Below, in pieces: positions 24,397-36,725 of a stretch of 64,000 nucleotides of DNA (position 1 is its first letter; every line of letters starts with the position of its first letter). The notes beneath the pieces are model-generated. The model ran no database searches and had not been told where the DNA came from. It worked only from the letters and a program-made list of their open reading frames with translations. The DNA is taken from assembly GCF_011386835.1 (NCBI RefSeq), contig NC_088793.1, forward strand, positions 93,310,001-93,374,000, written 5' to 3'. The stretch is from Chrysemys picta bellii (lineage: Eukaryota). The position numbers and the translations under genes were made by a program.

Positions 24397-25111
24397 TTAG
24401 TCTTGAGTATAATAATCAGGTCTGTAGAGCAAAATTAAGATACAAGACACTAAAAGGGAGAAATCTAAAATTAAACAACACTACCAGCTTAGCATAAGGG
24501 TATATTTGAATCTGTATCTCATGTACTCCAAAGCATTTCTTCTGTTCCTGATCCTTGAGACCTGAGTTATACACTGTGAAATTTTGTGCTTATATTGCCA
24601 TTATAATTTTGTAAATAAACTGTTTCACTTTCTAATGATAATGTAACTCTATGCAGCAGGCCATTCAGCATGCCACATAAATGAGAAATACTCAGTAGTT
24701 TAACAGACACTAAAAAGGGCAGTGTTCTTTACCCTACAGAGTTTTGTTGATAAAAGTCAGCTTTTGTTGACAAAACAGTTGAACTGTACATACTACAATG
24801 CTCTTTTCACTGACAAAACTCTCCTGCTTTGCCCACAAACCAAAACCACCTGGATGAGAGGTGAAGAGCTTTTTGCAGCAAAGGTATATTGACAAAGTGT
24901 CAATGTAGACACTGAGCTTGGTTATGTCACTGTAAATGGCCTCCAGGAGGTGTCTCACAATGCCAATCCTGACCGCTGTGGTCAGCAGTTTGAACTCCAC
25001 TGCTCTGTCCCAGGCATCAGCCCCTCCCCCTTTAAAGGACCACAAATTTTTGAAACTTCATTTCCTGTTTGTTTGGCATGGACAGCTCGCATCACATCTT
25101 CCCAGCTGACC

Positions 25112-27030
25112 ATGGTGGCTCCATGCAGCAAACGCTCTCCCGCTTGGAGCACACCTGAATTGTTGAATCTGCTGGCACTGTGAGGAGAGGAGGCTGTGCA
25201 GTTCCAGCTCCACTCTAGCCATAGGAACTTCTATACTTGTGATCAGATTTCTCGTGCCATGTTGAATAAAGGCTACAAATGGGACACAGTGCTGTGTGAA
25301 GATAAAGGAGCTGAGGCAGGTGTACCAGAAGGCCAGGGAGTCAAACCATTGCTCTGATGCTGTGCTGAAGACCTGCTGCTTCTACAAGAAGCTGGACACC
25401 ATCCTTGCCAGCTACCTCATTTCCACCGCCAAAAGCCCCATGGATAATTCAGCGGGGCTGGAGACTGCGGACAGCATACTCAACCCCAAGGATGAAAGTC
25501 ATGGATGAGGAGGTCGAGTTGGAAGATGAGATGGGACAGCCGACAGGGTTATCCAGTACCATGCTGAGCGAGGACCTCTTCTTGACCCAGGTGAGTTCAA
25601 GCCAGTCCCAGCACTCCATCTCTGGTGCTCATGATGCAGGAGAGGGAGCTCTGGTAAGTTATCTTTTTGAGTTGATGCTATTTATTTATATGAGGTTGAG
25701 CAGTTCTTTGCTTTGTTATATTCTAGAAGTGGGTGAAGGGATAGAAATGTATAAGAATAGCTGTGTTTGCGTGTGCTTCACATTCCCCTGTGCAGCTAAG
25801 CAGTGTAGCGGAACAGTGTGTTAATGCACACTGAGATTTCATGGGAATCTTCCAGAGAGGTCTCTAGGAAAAACTTTCCTGGAGGTACTCGCCAATCCTC
25901 TGCTGGAGGTTCCTTGGCAGAGCTTCTTTGTTCCTTCCCCCCATTGTAGGAAACTTTCCCAGGCCTAACGGCAATCACATATGCAGGAACTAAAGCGGCA
26001 CACAGGCGAGCAACATAGGGATCCAGTTTAAAGCCCCACACATGCAGGAGATGAAATATCACTTACCCTCAGGAGTGAAATATCAGCTTCAGTGACCCCC
26101 ACCTGTGGAAAATGGTAGAAGAATTTACAATTTTGTCCCTACTCACTTGCAGTAATCCCCTTAAAAAACCACCTAGACCCTTTGCCCCATGTTGAGTATC
26201 CTTCCCTTAGCTTAACTCAGCATGTTTAGGGTGATCACTGAGCTGTGTGCTTGCCAAGGGACAGTGAGAAACTGATTCATATTTAAAAAGAGGTGCATTT
26301 TACTATAATTATTTGACGCTATGTGTGCACAAACAATTATGCTTCTGTTTATTGTTTCTGGTTCTTCTGCAGATGTGGCCTTCAGGGGCATCCCCTACAT
26401 AGAGGCAGATTGCCTCTGCCAGATAAGGTGACTGAGGAGGAGCAAAGAGGACATGTTTTGAGAGATTCTCCAATCCTCAGAAGCCAAAAAACAAGAACAC
26501 TGGGGATGGAGAGAGACTTTAAATGAAAATTATAAAATAGACAGGCAGGACAGAAAGTAGAACCAGGAGTGAATTTTAATGGGCCAGGAGGAGCAGTAAT
26601 GGAGGAGCAAACGGAGATGTTTATTTCGCCAGGAGGGTGGTGAAGCACTGGAATGGGTTACCTAGGGAGGTGGTGGAATTTCCATCCTTAGAGGTGTTTA
26701 AGGCCCAACTTGACAAAGTCCTGGCTGGGATGATTTAGTTGGTGTTGGTCCTGCTTTGAGCAGGGGGTTGGGCTAGATGACCTCCTGAGGTCCCTTCCAA
26801 CCCTGATATTCTATGATTCTATGTTGAAGTCCCTAATCATGCTTCAGGGAGAATACCAGCATGTTCACCCTCACCCCTGCAGCAGATACAGAACTGCTTG
26901 TCATGCCCCCCCAAACTCCTCCCACATATTCCTTGCAACTTCCCAACCTGTCTCAGTATCCCATTCACTCTGCTTCTTCAGACAGCTTCCAAAATGATAG
27001 CTGGAGTTACACATAGCTCAGAGAGCCTAC
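25112..27030 (+). pseudogene. Harbinger Myb/SANT gene, disrupted
   Basis: MVAPCSKRSPAWSTPELLNLLAL*GEEAV..KIKELRQVYQKARE..CCFYKKLDTIL; donor at 25654, acceptor at 26372; exon 2 interrupted by CR1; 3' end approximate. Confidence 0.85.
26622..26820 (+). mobile_element. 5'-truncated CR1 inserted in Harbinger B
   Basis: CR1 3' end GGTCCCTTCCAACCCTGATATTCTATGATTCT; ATGTT duplicated at 26617-26621 and 26821-26825. Confidence 0.92.
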
Positions 27031-27264
27031 ACTGCCCTTCACTGCGATCTCCCTTCCCACCAAGAGTTTTGTGTGTGTTGTTAATTGGCATTTAATAAAA
27101 ACATTCTGTTATTTGTCTCCTACACATGGTGGTTGCTGCTGGAATTAATAAACAGTGGCAACTGGCACATTTGAAGACTACAAATCATGGGCAGGAATCA
27201 TCAAAATTTTCATGCAAGGCGGCAAGTTAACGAAGCATGGCAGGGTGCTGTACAGAAAGACACA

Positions 27265-28446
27265 TTACTGGTGTTCATTGTCAAAATAGTGCCTCAAAGC
27301 CTCCCTGATTCAAATAGCTCCCCATTGGACCCCTCCAATAGCCCTGATATCTGGCTGCTCAAAATCAGCAAGCAGGCGATCGGCCTCCGTGCGTCACCCC
27401 TGGGGAAAACTTTTCACCCTTAGCCTCACAAATATTATGGAGCACACAGCAGGCTGCTCTGACTCTGGGAACATTTTCTTCATTTAGGTCTAACATAAAG
27501 GCAGCTACAGTGTGCTTTTAATCTGCCAAACACAAATTCTACAGTCATTCTGCACCTGCTCAGCCTGTTGTCGAAGCACTCCTTGCTGCTGTCCAGATTT
27601 CCCATGTAAGACTTCATATGCCATGGGAGTAAGGCGTACACTGGGTCTCCCAGGATCACGATTGGTGTTTTAACATCCCATGTTGGAATCTTCTGGTCTG
27701 GAAAGAAAGTCCCTGGTTGCAGCCTCCTATACAGGACAGTGCTCCTGAAAATGCATACATCATGCACCTTCCCTGACCACCCACATTGATGTTAGTGAAA
27801 TTCCCATGGTGATCCACAAGCATCTAAAATACCATAGAGAAGTACTCTTTTCTGTTGATGTACTCCATAGCAAGATGGTCTCAGGCCAAAATTGGGACAT
27901 GCATGTCATCTATTGCCCCGCCGCAGTTAGGGAATCTCATGGCCGCAAAGCCATCCACTATTTCACAGACATTTCCAAGATTCATAATCCTTCATAGCAG
28001 AATGTGATTAATGGCCCTGCATATTTGCATTAACACAGCTCCAGTGGTGGACCTCCTGACTCCAAACTGATTTGCCACTGACTGGTAACAGTCTGGAGTT
28101 GCCAGTTTCCACACAGCAGTCGCCGCACACTTCTCCTCCAAGAGAACTGCTCTTATTTTGGTGTCCTTGTGCCACAGTGCTGGGATGAACTCCGCACACA
28201 GTTCCAGATCTGCATAATGATGTGATCCCACCACTCAGTGCATGTTTCCTAAGCCCAAAAGCGATGGTCCACCATGTGCAGCTGCTCCATGAATGCCAAA
28301 AGTAATCTGGTGTTGTTTCTTTCAGTGGCACTGAGCAGGTCAGGCAACTCTGGTTCCTGTTCAGATTGGGTGCTCATGATATACTGCATGACCATCCGCG
28401 ATGTGTTCATAACTGCAACAACAATAGAGAGCAGTGCAGGATCCAT
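27265..28446 (-). pseudogene. HARBI1-like transposase, heavily disrupted
   Basis: MDPALL..HRFWA*, WKLATPDCYQSVANQFGV, ILGDPVY, RCRMTVEFVFGRLK, IREALRHYFDNEHQ*. Confidence 0.9.
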
Positions 28447-28809
28447 CCTTTCAAAGAGAGATGGCGGATGCATAGTAAATAAGCATTGAAAAATGTGCGA
28501 AATGCAGTTGGAAGCCAATGGAATGATGGGACAGAAATATGCATAATGGGATCTTGAGTTCACGCCCATGATGTGCTGCGATCCACTCCGCCTTTTCACA
28601 ATTCCTAGCTGCACAAGGTGGTGAGTAGCACAATGGGCTAGCTACCCATAGGGCACTGCTCTCACCGTTGATGCTAGGGCACCAACTGTGGATGTCCTCT
28701 GCCATCAGGAGCATTGTGTGAAATCCACAAGTGATGTAATTATAGTGCCTTTAGATCATCAGTGTAACTTCTGTCGACAAAACTCTGCAGTGTAGACAAG
28801 GCCTTACTG

Positions 28810-28945
28810 GTTGGAATAAGGAGACCCAGGTTATAGTAATGGTACTGGCTTACTGTGAATAATTTAACTTCTCTTCATCTCTTTTCTTATCTGTAAAAGG
28901 GGAATGATGATATTTATTTACCTGACAGAAGTTATGAGGCTGTCC
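28810..28945 (+). mobile_element. MIR core fragment
   Basis: TTTTCTTATCTGTAAAAGGGGAATGATGATA..ACCTGACAGAAGTTATGAGG. Confidence 0.55.
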
Positions 28946-28963
28946 GTGTTCATGAGACACTTT

Positions 28964-29224
28964 GGGTATGTCTACACTGCATTTAAAACCCGTGGCCACG
29001 AGTCTGAGAGCCCGGGTCAACTGACTCAGGAACGCAGGACTTGTGCTACATCTCTAAAAACAACAGTGTAGATATTTAGGCTTCAGAGCCTGAGCTACAG
29101 CCTAAGCCACAATGTCCACACTGCTGTTTTTAGCACCATAATGTTAGCCTTGCAAGCCCAAGTCTGTAGACCCAGACTCTCAGATTCGCTGCTGCAGGTT
29201 TTAAAATGCTGCATAGACAAACTC
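28964..29224. mobile_element. Harbinger-type MITE
   Basis: TIR GGGTATGTCTACACTGCA / TGCTGCATAGACAAACTC; TTT on both sides. Confidence 0.75.
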
Positions 29225-29687
29225 TTTGAGATCCTCTGATGGAAATGCTATTTAAAAGGTATCTTTTATTCCTGTGGCTGTTGTGGTTGTCATTAATTAT
29301 TAACTGCAGTTGCCAGATTGTCACAAATTATGAAAGCTGGCCTAAAATTAATCACTTTGCAAAACATCTGTGTAGGGAGAGCTTTCTCATAAGATTATTC
29401 CTGGTGAAACACCCCATAAAACTAACCAGTTTCTCACATAATTTTAAAAAAGCAAACATACATGTTTAATGCCTGCAATGGCTGGATGGGCAAGAAAAAG
29501 ATGCTCCACAGCAGCACAACAGTTTCTGTCCTCCACTCCACTCCCCTGCATAGACCAAATACTTATTCCAGTGCTGCTTGTTCTACTTTGGCATTACTTA
29601 AGCACACATGACAGACTTTGGACAAGACGTCAAGGATTGGGGCAGCAGAATGTTGCAAGTGAGGGTTGACGTGCACTGGAGAACTGT

Positions 29688-29811
29688 ATAGAATCGTAGA
29701 AATGTAGGGCTTGAAAGGACCTCCAGAAGTCATGTAGTCCAGCCCCCTGCTCTGAGGCAGGACCAAATACACCTAGACTATCCCTGACAGGTGTTTGTCT
29801 AACATAGTTAA
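29688..29811 (-). mobile_element. CR1 3' fragment
   Basis: ATAGAATCGTAGAAATGTAGGGCTTGAAAGGACCTCCAGAAGTCATGTAGTCCAGCCCCCTGC is the reverse complement of a CR1 3' UTR. Confidence 0.85.
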
Positions 29812-31149
29812 ATCTTGCCAACATGCTCACTCAAGCTACTGATATTGCTCTTTCGGTTACATTGAGTAATCTTTCATGAATACTCTATTTGAAACAGAAG
29901 GGGAGGGAAAAAATCATCCGCTCTACAGTCTGAATGGTTTTGCAGAGCAGTTAAAAGAAGCTCCTAATGCATGTTGATTAGAGGGCTGAAGGGCCTATAA
30001 TAACGCATCTGCTAAAGCAAAACCAACCTAAAGGACTTTGCTTTATGGTGTGTGAGGATATTTTGAATGAAAGCTTAAATGGCAGGTTCTGTGCTAGATC
30101 ATCCTCAGATAATTACAATAGCATCAGGAGGAGAGAAAAACTACAACTTCCCTAACTTTGCCCAGAAGCTCGAGGAAATAGTCTGTCTGAATTACTGAAG
30201 TTACAGAAAATAAGTATGTCTGTGAGCAGCTGGTTTAAAACTTTCAGATGGCAAATTATGCATAGACATTTAAATGAGTTTTTGTGTGGCATGCTCTGAT
30301 GAAGGGGATGTCTTCCAGCTGGGGTGTAGCCAGAATTGCTGGTAAACTCTATTACCATACTATGATGTATAATTTATCATTGTGTCATTGTATCAGTAAT
30401 TTGGGGGTATTTTTTCTTCTTTTTTATTGTTCAAGTTTCACAGTTGACAATGAACTAATCAAACTGAGTACACAGACTTGGAAGAAAGTTGTTTTGTCGA
30501 CTAATAAATTAAAAGATACAGAGCTGGTCTCTCTGGGCTGGAAGCCTAATTACTAATGAGCAGGAAGATTCCACATTTGATTCTTCTTCAAATAGCATCT
30601 GTATGTATGCCATGTGCCTTCAATCGGAGATTTTTGGTAGCAGTGCCAGTTCGACTCCCGCATGCACCCTATGCAGCCTTGTGTCCTATATCAAGGATAT
30701 CGAGGGCTCTGTGGGAGAAACGCTCTCAGTTCATTCTTAACTGCCTTGGTCTAAGCCAAGTTCATAGTCCCCACCTAAGCGGAGACTTTGCTGGTTTATT
30801 GTAGACCTTTTCTTACTTTATTTATTATTATTATTATTTAGTTATTTTATTTTGTCTTCTGGGTACTAACACATTCTGAAAGATGACCAGTTACTCTTCC
30901 TTCATCTGTCTCTCCATGAAGAGGAGAGTTCTTCAAACTTACAGATTCTGTTCAGGGTTCTGCTGACTACCTGCCTATGTTTGATCGCCTGCAAACTGCA
31001 ACACTAGGGGACACTTCTAGGCTTACCCTTGAAGCCCACCAAACATCCATCTTGCAACAACCAACCTGGAATGCCCCATCCATTCTGCTATGCTCCTCCC
31101 CAGTGGACATGCTAGGATCCCTGGGCTGCCTACAGGCCACAGCTTTCTA

Positions 31150-31620
31150 AAGTGCCCACTTCTTCCGGGCATTCTCTGGCTCCTTCTGTTCCTCCTCGAC
31201 AATATCCAAGGCAGAAGGATACATTCAAAGACCAGGAAAGGAAACCTGATGAGGAGTCTACATCACAGTCTAATATTTCTTCTTCCTCCCCGGATGAAGT
31301 TCTTATCCCCCCACCATCTCACACTGACAATTTCAAACAGTTTCAAGATCCATTGAAGCAGACAGCAGAGCATTCAGATCCCATTAGAAGTTCAGGAGAC
31401 ACAGAATAAATGGCTCAGCATCCTGCACACCATATCATCAGCACAAGTCAAACTCCCTATAAATGAAACACTATTAGAACCTGCCAAGTCCCTCTGGAAA
31501 GATCCTGAAAGACCAGACAAAAAGTATTATGTCCCAATGAGAGGTTCAAAGTTTTCATTTTCCCACCCCATACTGAATTCTCTAGTCAAGATGGTGACAC
31601 ACACAGACATCATTCCATCT
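31150..31620 (+). pseudogene. DIRS gag-like remnant
   Basis: SSSSPDEVLIPPPSHTDNFKQFQDPLKQ motif, recalled from turtle DIRS ORF1. Confidence 0.6.
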
Positions 31621-31659
31621 CTGGATCTGGGAGTCTAATTTGCAGCCCTCAACCTTCAG

Positions 31660-32200
31660 GACACATATTTTCATATTGCAATGCACCTTTCTCACAAGAA
31701 ATTTCTGTGCTTTGTGGTGGGGCAGTACCATTGCTAATAATGGGTCCTTCACTTCAGGTTAGCCACTGCTCCCAGGGTGTTAATGGAAGTCATGGTGATG
31801 TGGCTGCGCAACTTCGTCAGTAGGGAGTAATTGTCTTCCCTTACCTCAATGATTGGCTTCTCAAATGACATTCCTGCACTATCAAATTGGCAGTATTCAG
31901 GGGAATGACACTGTACAAATGTCTCGGTCTCCAGCTCAACTTCATGAAGACCTCCCTCCCACCTGTACAAAGGCTAGAGTTTATAGGGGCCATTCTAGAT
32001 GCCATCACAGCCAGGGCTTAGCTGCCAGATGACAGGTTCCTCATGCGGTTATATCTGATCATGTGACTTCAGATCAGTCCTCAAGTCACTGCCAGATCAT
32101 GCTTGCAACTTCTTGGGCATAGGGTAGCGTGTACCTTTGTCATGTTTCATGCTCAATTGCACCTGTGTTACATCCACACCTGGGTCAGGTGAGTTTATAA
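31660..32200 (+). pseudogene. DIRS reverse transcriptase remnant
   Basis: HKKFLCFVVG..LATAPRV..AAQLRQ*GVIVFPYLNDWLL (degenerate YLDD). Confidence 0.85.
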
Positions 32201-32334
32201 ACCCAACAGGGACAGCTGCTCTCTATTTCCCCTTGTATTCTATTTCCCCTTAAATGGTGGAAGAATCCAGACATAGTCTGAGGGTCCCATTCAACCCTCT
32301 CCACCTACTCATATGATAGTTTCCACTCAGATGG

Positions 32335-32900
32335 GAAGCTCATCTTCAGGACCATACTGTTCCCAGTGGTTATTACCTCTGCCCGAAGGGTTAAAGAACG
32401 GGGAGTTTTAATCACTGATCCTCCATATATTGTCTTTTTCAAAGAAAAAGTTTCTCTTCAACAACATCCATGCTTTTTACACAAGGTTATTTCATATTTT
32501 CATCTCAGTCAATGAATTCATCTTCCATATTCGACCCCAAGCCTCATCAGCCAAAGCAGGAAGCTGTCCTTCACACCCTAGATGTTAGGAGGGTGTTAGC
32601 ATATTATGTGGAAAGGACTAGACTTTGTCAATCATCCCTGAAATTGTTTCTGTTGTGGACAGAGACTGAGGGGTTCTGTGGACTACACAGAGACTTTCTA
32701 AGTGAGTTTCAGGTAGCATCATCATCTGTTATACATCTGCTAATGTACTCTGCCCTTGTAAGGTCATTGCTCATTCTACAAGATTACACTCCACCGCTGT
32801 GGTACTGCTAAATGATGTGTTTTTCATGGAAATATGTAAGGGTGCTCTATGGCTTTGATTCATATTTTCTATAGACACTGTGCCTTGATTGATGTTTCCC
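32335..32900 (+). pseudogene. DIRS tyrosine recombinase remnant
   Basis: VITSARRV..DPPYIVFFKEKVSL..PKPHQ..LHTLDVRRVLAYYVERT. Confidence 0.85.
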
Positions 32901-33455
32901 AGGCAGATGCTGCCTTTTGCGCTGCAGTCCTACAGCCTTAGACTGACCTCTGAAGACCCCACCTCCTTTGGGGACTATGGAGTCATCTCAAGTGGAGCAC
33001 CCTTAGAGACACTACTTGAAGAAGAAGGAGAGGTTGGTTAGTTACCTTGTACAATAATTGGAGTTCTTCAAAATGTGTATCCCTGTGTGTTCTTCACCAC
33101 TTGCCCTCCTTCAAGAGCCTCATCTTCCTGGAGGTCTGTGGTGGAGAAGGAACTGAAGGCAGTTTGCCATCACAGCCCTATATATTTGTGGTATGGGCAT
33201 GAGGCTATGTAGGGCACATGCTCAAGCTGAATGGGCAGTGCTACCAAAAAATTCCAATTGAAGGTGCTTGGGATGCATGAACACCTCAGTGGAGCACCCA
33301 CAGGAACATATATATCAAAAAACTCCAGTTATCATACAAGGTAAGTAACATCTCCTTCTTTTCATATGCATGTCCTTTTTCGCCTTTTTACCTCATCCCT
33401 AATATTATTGCCTTAAAAGCTGCTTACGATAAACAAAACCTGTTAGTAATCAGGT

Positions 33456-34143
33456 TGTGATTGGAGTGTCCACCCCACACAGGACTGGAAGAGGTTAAGG
33501 TAGCCAGGTAGGCCCATTAACTCCACAGGCTGCATCTGGAGGAAGTGCCAGGGAGCAGGGAATAGATTGCAAGCAGGTTCAGCTGTATAGGAATAGGTGG
33601 GGCCTATAAAGCCAGGAAGCTGGAAACAGACAGGAGCTGCTGATGGGAAAAGGCAGTCGCTCCCTGAGAAGAGTAAGGAGGGTTTGGAGCTGGTACATCC
33701 AGAGCAAGGGGAAGAACTAGAAGTTGTAGGAAGCAGTCCAGAGGAGGAGCAGTAAGGGCTGGGAGAGGAAAGCACAAAATTGCTGGGTATAGGGTCCCTG
33801 GACTGGAACCCGAAGCAGAGGGTGGGCCAGGGTTCCCCTACCAGCCACTGAGGGCATGGCATAGACCGGTGGAATAGTGAACAGAAAGACTGCCTGGGTC
33901 ACTGTGGGAGTGACAGAAAATTGCAGGGCTGTGACCCAAAAGGGAGGAAATGCTGAGTGACCTAGCCGGAGGGCTGATTTAAGAGGATGCTGCGGTTCCC
34001 AGGACAAGAGAAGAACTGCAGACCAGAGAGAGAGAGAGTGCAATGGTGTGCGGCTATGAGATGGGGCATCAACCTTAAGAGCTAATCCCTGGAGTGACCA
34101 AGAGGAGGTGCCAGACAAGTGGTGAGTGGTGTACCCTGTGATA
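33456..34143 (+). mobile_element. Solo LTR, family X copy 1
   Basis: TGTGA...TGTGATA ends, CCTATAAAG box; colinear with 55963-56632; TSD ambiguous. Confidence 0.8.
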
Positions 34144-34279
34144 GGTTATTATTATTATTTATTCATGAATGCACAAGTGGTAAAATAAAGATGGAAAAAA
34201 TTCAAAATACAAAATGTAAAGTACGGAGATAAAACAGAGATGTATAAGTCAATAAAAGAAAAATGTCAAAAGAACTTAG

Positions 34280-34679
34280 GTATATATCACAGAAAGCAGT
34301 AGCAGAAAGCTGGCCGAATTTTCCCCACTGCTAGACCCTTTCCCAGCTGCTTACCCCCTGCGGGGCCTTTTCCTGCTGCAAAAGTCTTTTCTTGTGGCAG
34401 GGAAAGGCTCCAGAAGCAGGGAGGCATCAGGACACTTCACAGCTAAAAATATCAGTGTAGCCAGGAAGGCACAGCTTGGGTAAGTAGAGAGCTGTGAAGA
34501 GTATGTACTTAGGTACATACCCACACCCTTCAGGTGTGTCTGTACTCTACTTGCCTAAGATGTGCATTACTATCTAGCCAGCTACTTAAACCCATGTGGG
34601 GCGGGGGGGGGGGGGGGGAGGGAGGCTACCCGAGAACATACTCTACTCTCTGCCGAAAGGAGCCTGTGTAGACATAGCC
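34280..34679. mobile_element. Harbinger-type MITE fragment
   Basis: Right end GTGTAGACATAGCC|TGA; left end uncertain; contains a poly-G tract. Confidence 0.5.
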
Positions 34680-35610
34680 TGAGTCACCCAATTCTTCATA
34701 CTGCTTCAGAAGTTCTGCACATTCCTCATCTAAGCAGAGTATGTAAGTTTTTGGTAGCCATGTATGATGGATATTTTTGGCTGCTTTAAAGATTCCTTTG
34801 GAAAGCAAGTGTGTTTTCTGCAGAGGTATTACATGGTATGCACACTATATATTGATCACTCAGCTCTGAGTATTATTTCCAGTCTGCTCTTCTATAGTTC
34901 CATCGCAGTCTAGGGATAGTGGTTATATGGGGATCATCAGTCCTGTCTGAGTAAGAATGGAGTAGAGCTGGTTGTGCAGGAAGTTTCCAAGAACTCTGCA
35001 GCAATCTGGTAATGGTTGGCCCCCTGCTGAGGTGACCAAGTGAGATCAGGACAGTAGCCCTGCTTCCACCATGTGGCGAAAAAGGTGGATGGCTGCTTAG
35101 AGTCAGCAAGAGACATAAATCATTTATAGAAGCCCCATCTGTGTGATTTAGTCCATTTTTTTTTCAGACTTTTTGTTGTGTGGTGGTTATTGAAGTCCCC
35201 TGGATGGATACTGAAATATTGGAAAAATTGGGGTGTTCCAGGCTTCATTAGAAAGTTCGTAAACATTTGAAACTTTACGCTGACTGACTCTTACAATGTC
35301 ACAATGAGGACAAGCAGTGGGTAAATTCTCCACATAATCAATATCAGATTTCACATAAATGGCTCTGCCATATTTTCCATGAAGATTGTAGCTAACAATG
35401 TCATAGTCTCTTATGTGTCAGCCTACTGGCAACAAAGGAATCTACATGCATTTCTTGGAGACAGATAATGTCAGCCCTGTGACAGGCCACGAGATTCTCT
35501 ATTACTAAGTGCTTTGCAGCTGACAGCCCCATAACATTAAGCTGAAGAATTGAAAGTAAAGACCTAATGAATACTGCGCTGGTATCACGGTAACCAAGAT
35601 CTGGATTTTC
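34680..35610 (-). pseudogene. Non-LTR retrotransposon AP-endonuclease plus linker remnant (I group, Vingi/Ingi-like)
   Basis: Across frames: ILQLNVMGLS..DIICLQEMH..HGKYGRAIYVK..NVY..GDFNNHH..WKQGYCPDLTW..RWNYRRADW..YILCLDEECAELLKQYEE. Confidence 0.85.
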
Positions 35611-36429
35611 CAGATTTGGTCTGCTGTTTGATGCTTTAGTTTCTCCAGAAGCATACTCCAGGGGAGCATGATGAGAATAGAAGCATTATTTCTAACAGGT
35701 TATTTCAGTGCATACAAAATAAATGCTCCCAGAATGATCTATTCCAACAATTGATGTTAATTTTTAGCTTAGACTTCATATTTTGAATCCCTCGTTAGTT
35801 TAGCAGTGGATAGAACAAAGAAGAAAACAATGAAAGGTGAATGCAAGCATTGGTTGAATAGCTGTTTGAAATGTACTGAAAAATTTGCATCTCTAACTCA
35901 TCTCTCCTTTCATCTCTTTTATCTTTGTGCCTTCTTCCATCCTTGTCCTGCATCTGTAACTTGTCCTCTACCCGAGAAGCTGGCACTTTTAAGGATGTGC
36001 ATAAATCCCATTGATTTCCATAGTTCTTAAACATATGCTTACGTCTTGAATAGGGATGTTTTCTTGAATCAGGAGGAATAAGAGGAAAGAAGGATGGAGG
36101 CACAAGGTAACTGTAATAAAAATACATGGTTATATAATTTATCTATGTGAACAGGTTGATGGTTCTGAATCATTAACTTTTAAAAAAAGATAAATTATTT
36201 TAACCCATGTCTCTTTACCGTTCAATAACATTCGCTATGTCATTATAATCTATGCCTATTTTACTTTTTAAAAATTGTACTCAATTATTATTTTAACCTA
36301 TTTCCATTCTTTAATCCACTGCATATGTTTTATCAGCTTCTTCTATTTCCTATCTTTAAAATATAACCCCGTTTCCCTTTTCTACATATTTCCCTTTTTG
36401 AAACCCCCCCAGGCTATTTAATTTATTTA

Positions 36430-36725
36430 AATCTCTTCCTACTTCCCTTTTTTCAGATCCCTCCTCAAGACTTTCCACTTAAATGAAGCCGACAAACTCT
36501 AAAGCATATCAATAAATATTCTATCAGTCACCTATTGACATATGTATATGTGTGTATGACTGTATAAAAGTTCCTGTGATAGAACCTTCCATATCCTCTA
36601 GATTTGCCAAAGTATTTAGTGTTGTCCACCTTTATAGATGTAAGTCCCTTAGAGAAGGGACTGGGTTTAATTCTGTGTCCTGTACAATCCCAAGCACGCT
36701 GTCAATGTTTAATAAATAATAATAT
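36430..36725 (+). mobile_element. Old L2 3' fragment
   Basis: TTCAGATCCCTCCTCAAGAC and tail TGTAAGTCCCTT..GTACAATCCCAAGCAC..AATAAATAATAAT. Confidence 0.45.

Larger units (their letters stand above)
24717..28803. mobile_element. Harbinger/PIF DNA transposon, older decayed copy (copy B)
   Basis: Right TIR CTGCAGTGTAGACAAGGCC|TTA; left subterminal CAGAGTTTTGTTGATAAAAG matches the right end inverted; same two-gene layout as copy A. Confidence 0.9.
30581..33360 (+). mobile_element. DIRS tyrosine-recombinase retrotransposon, internally deleted
   Basis: ITR 30620-30647 vs 33234-33261; ICR 33007-33097 complementary to both termini; gag, RT and YR remnants. Confidence 0.92.

Noticed and set aside
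24109-24399. TAA versus TTA flanks suggesting a different (TA) TSD rule
   Set aside because: Other copies show matching 3-bp TSDs (62179/62389, 22157/22290); a single substitution explains it
33443-34118. 139-aa and 133-aa ORFs, with similar ones at 56077-56552
   Set aside because: They lie within LTRs; similarity between them reflects LTR homology, not a gene family
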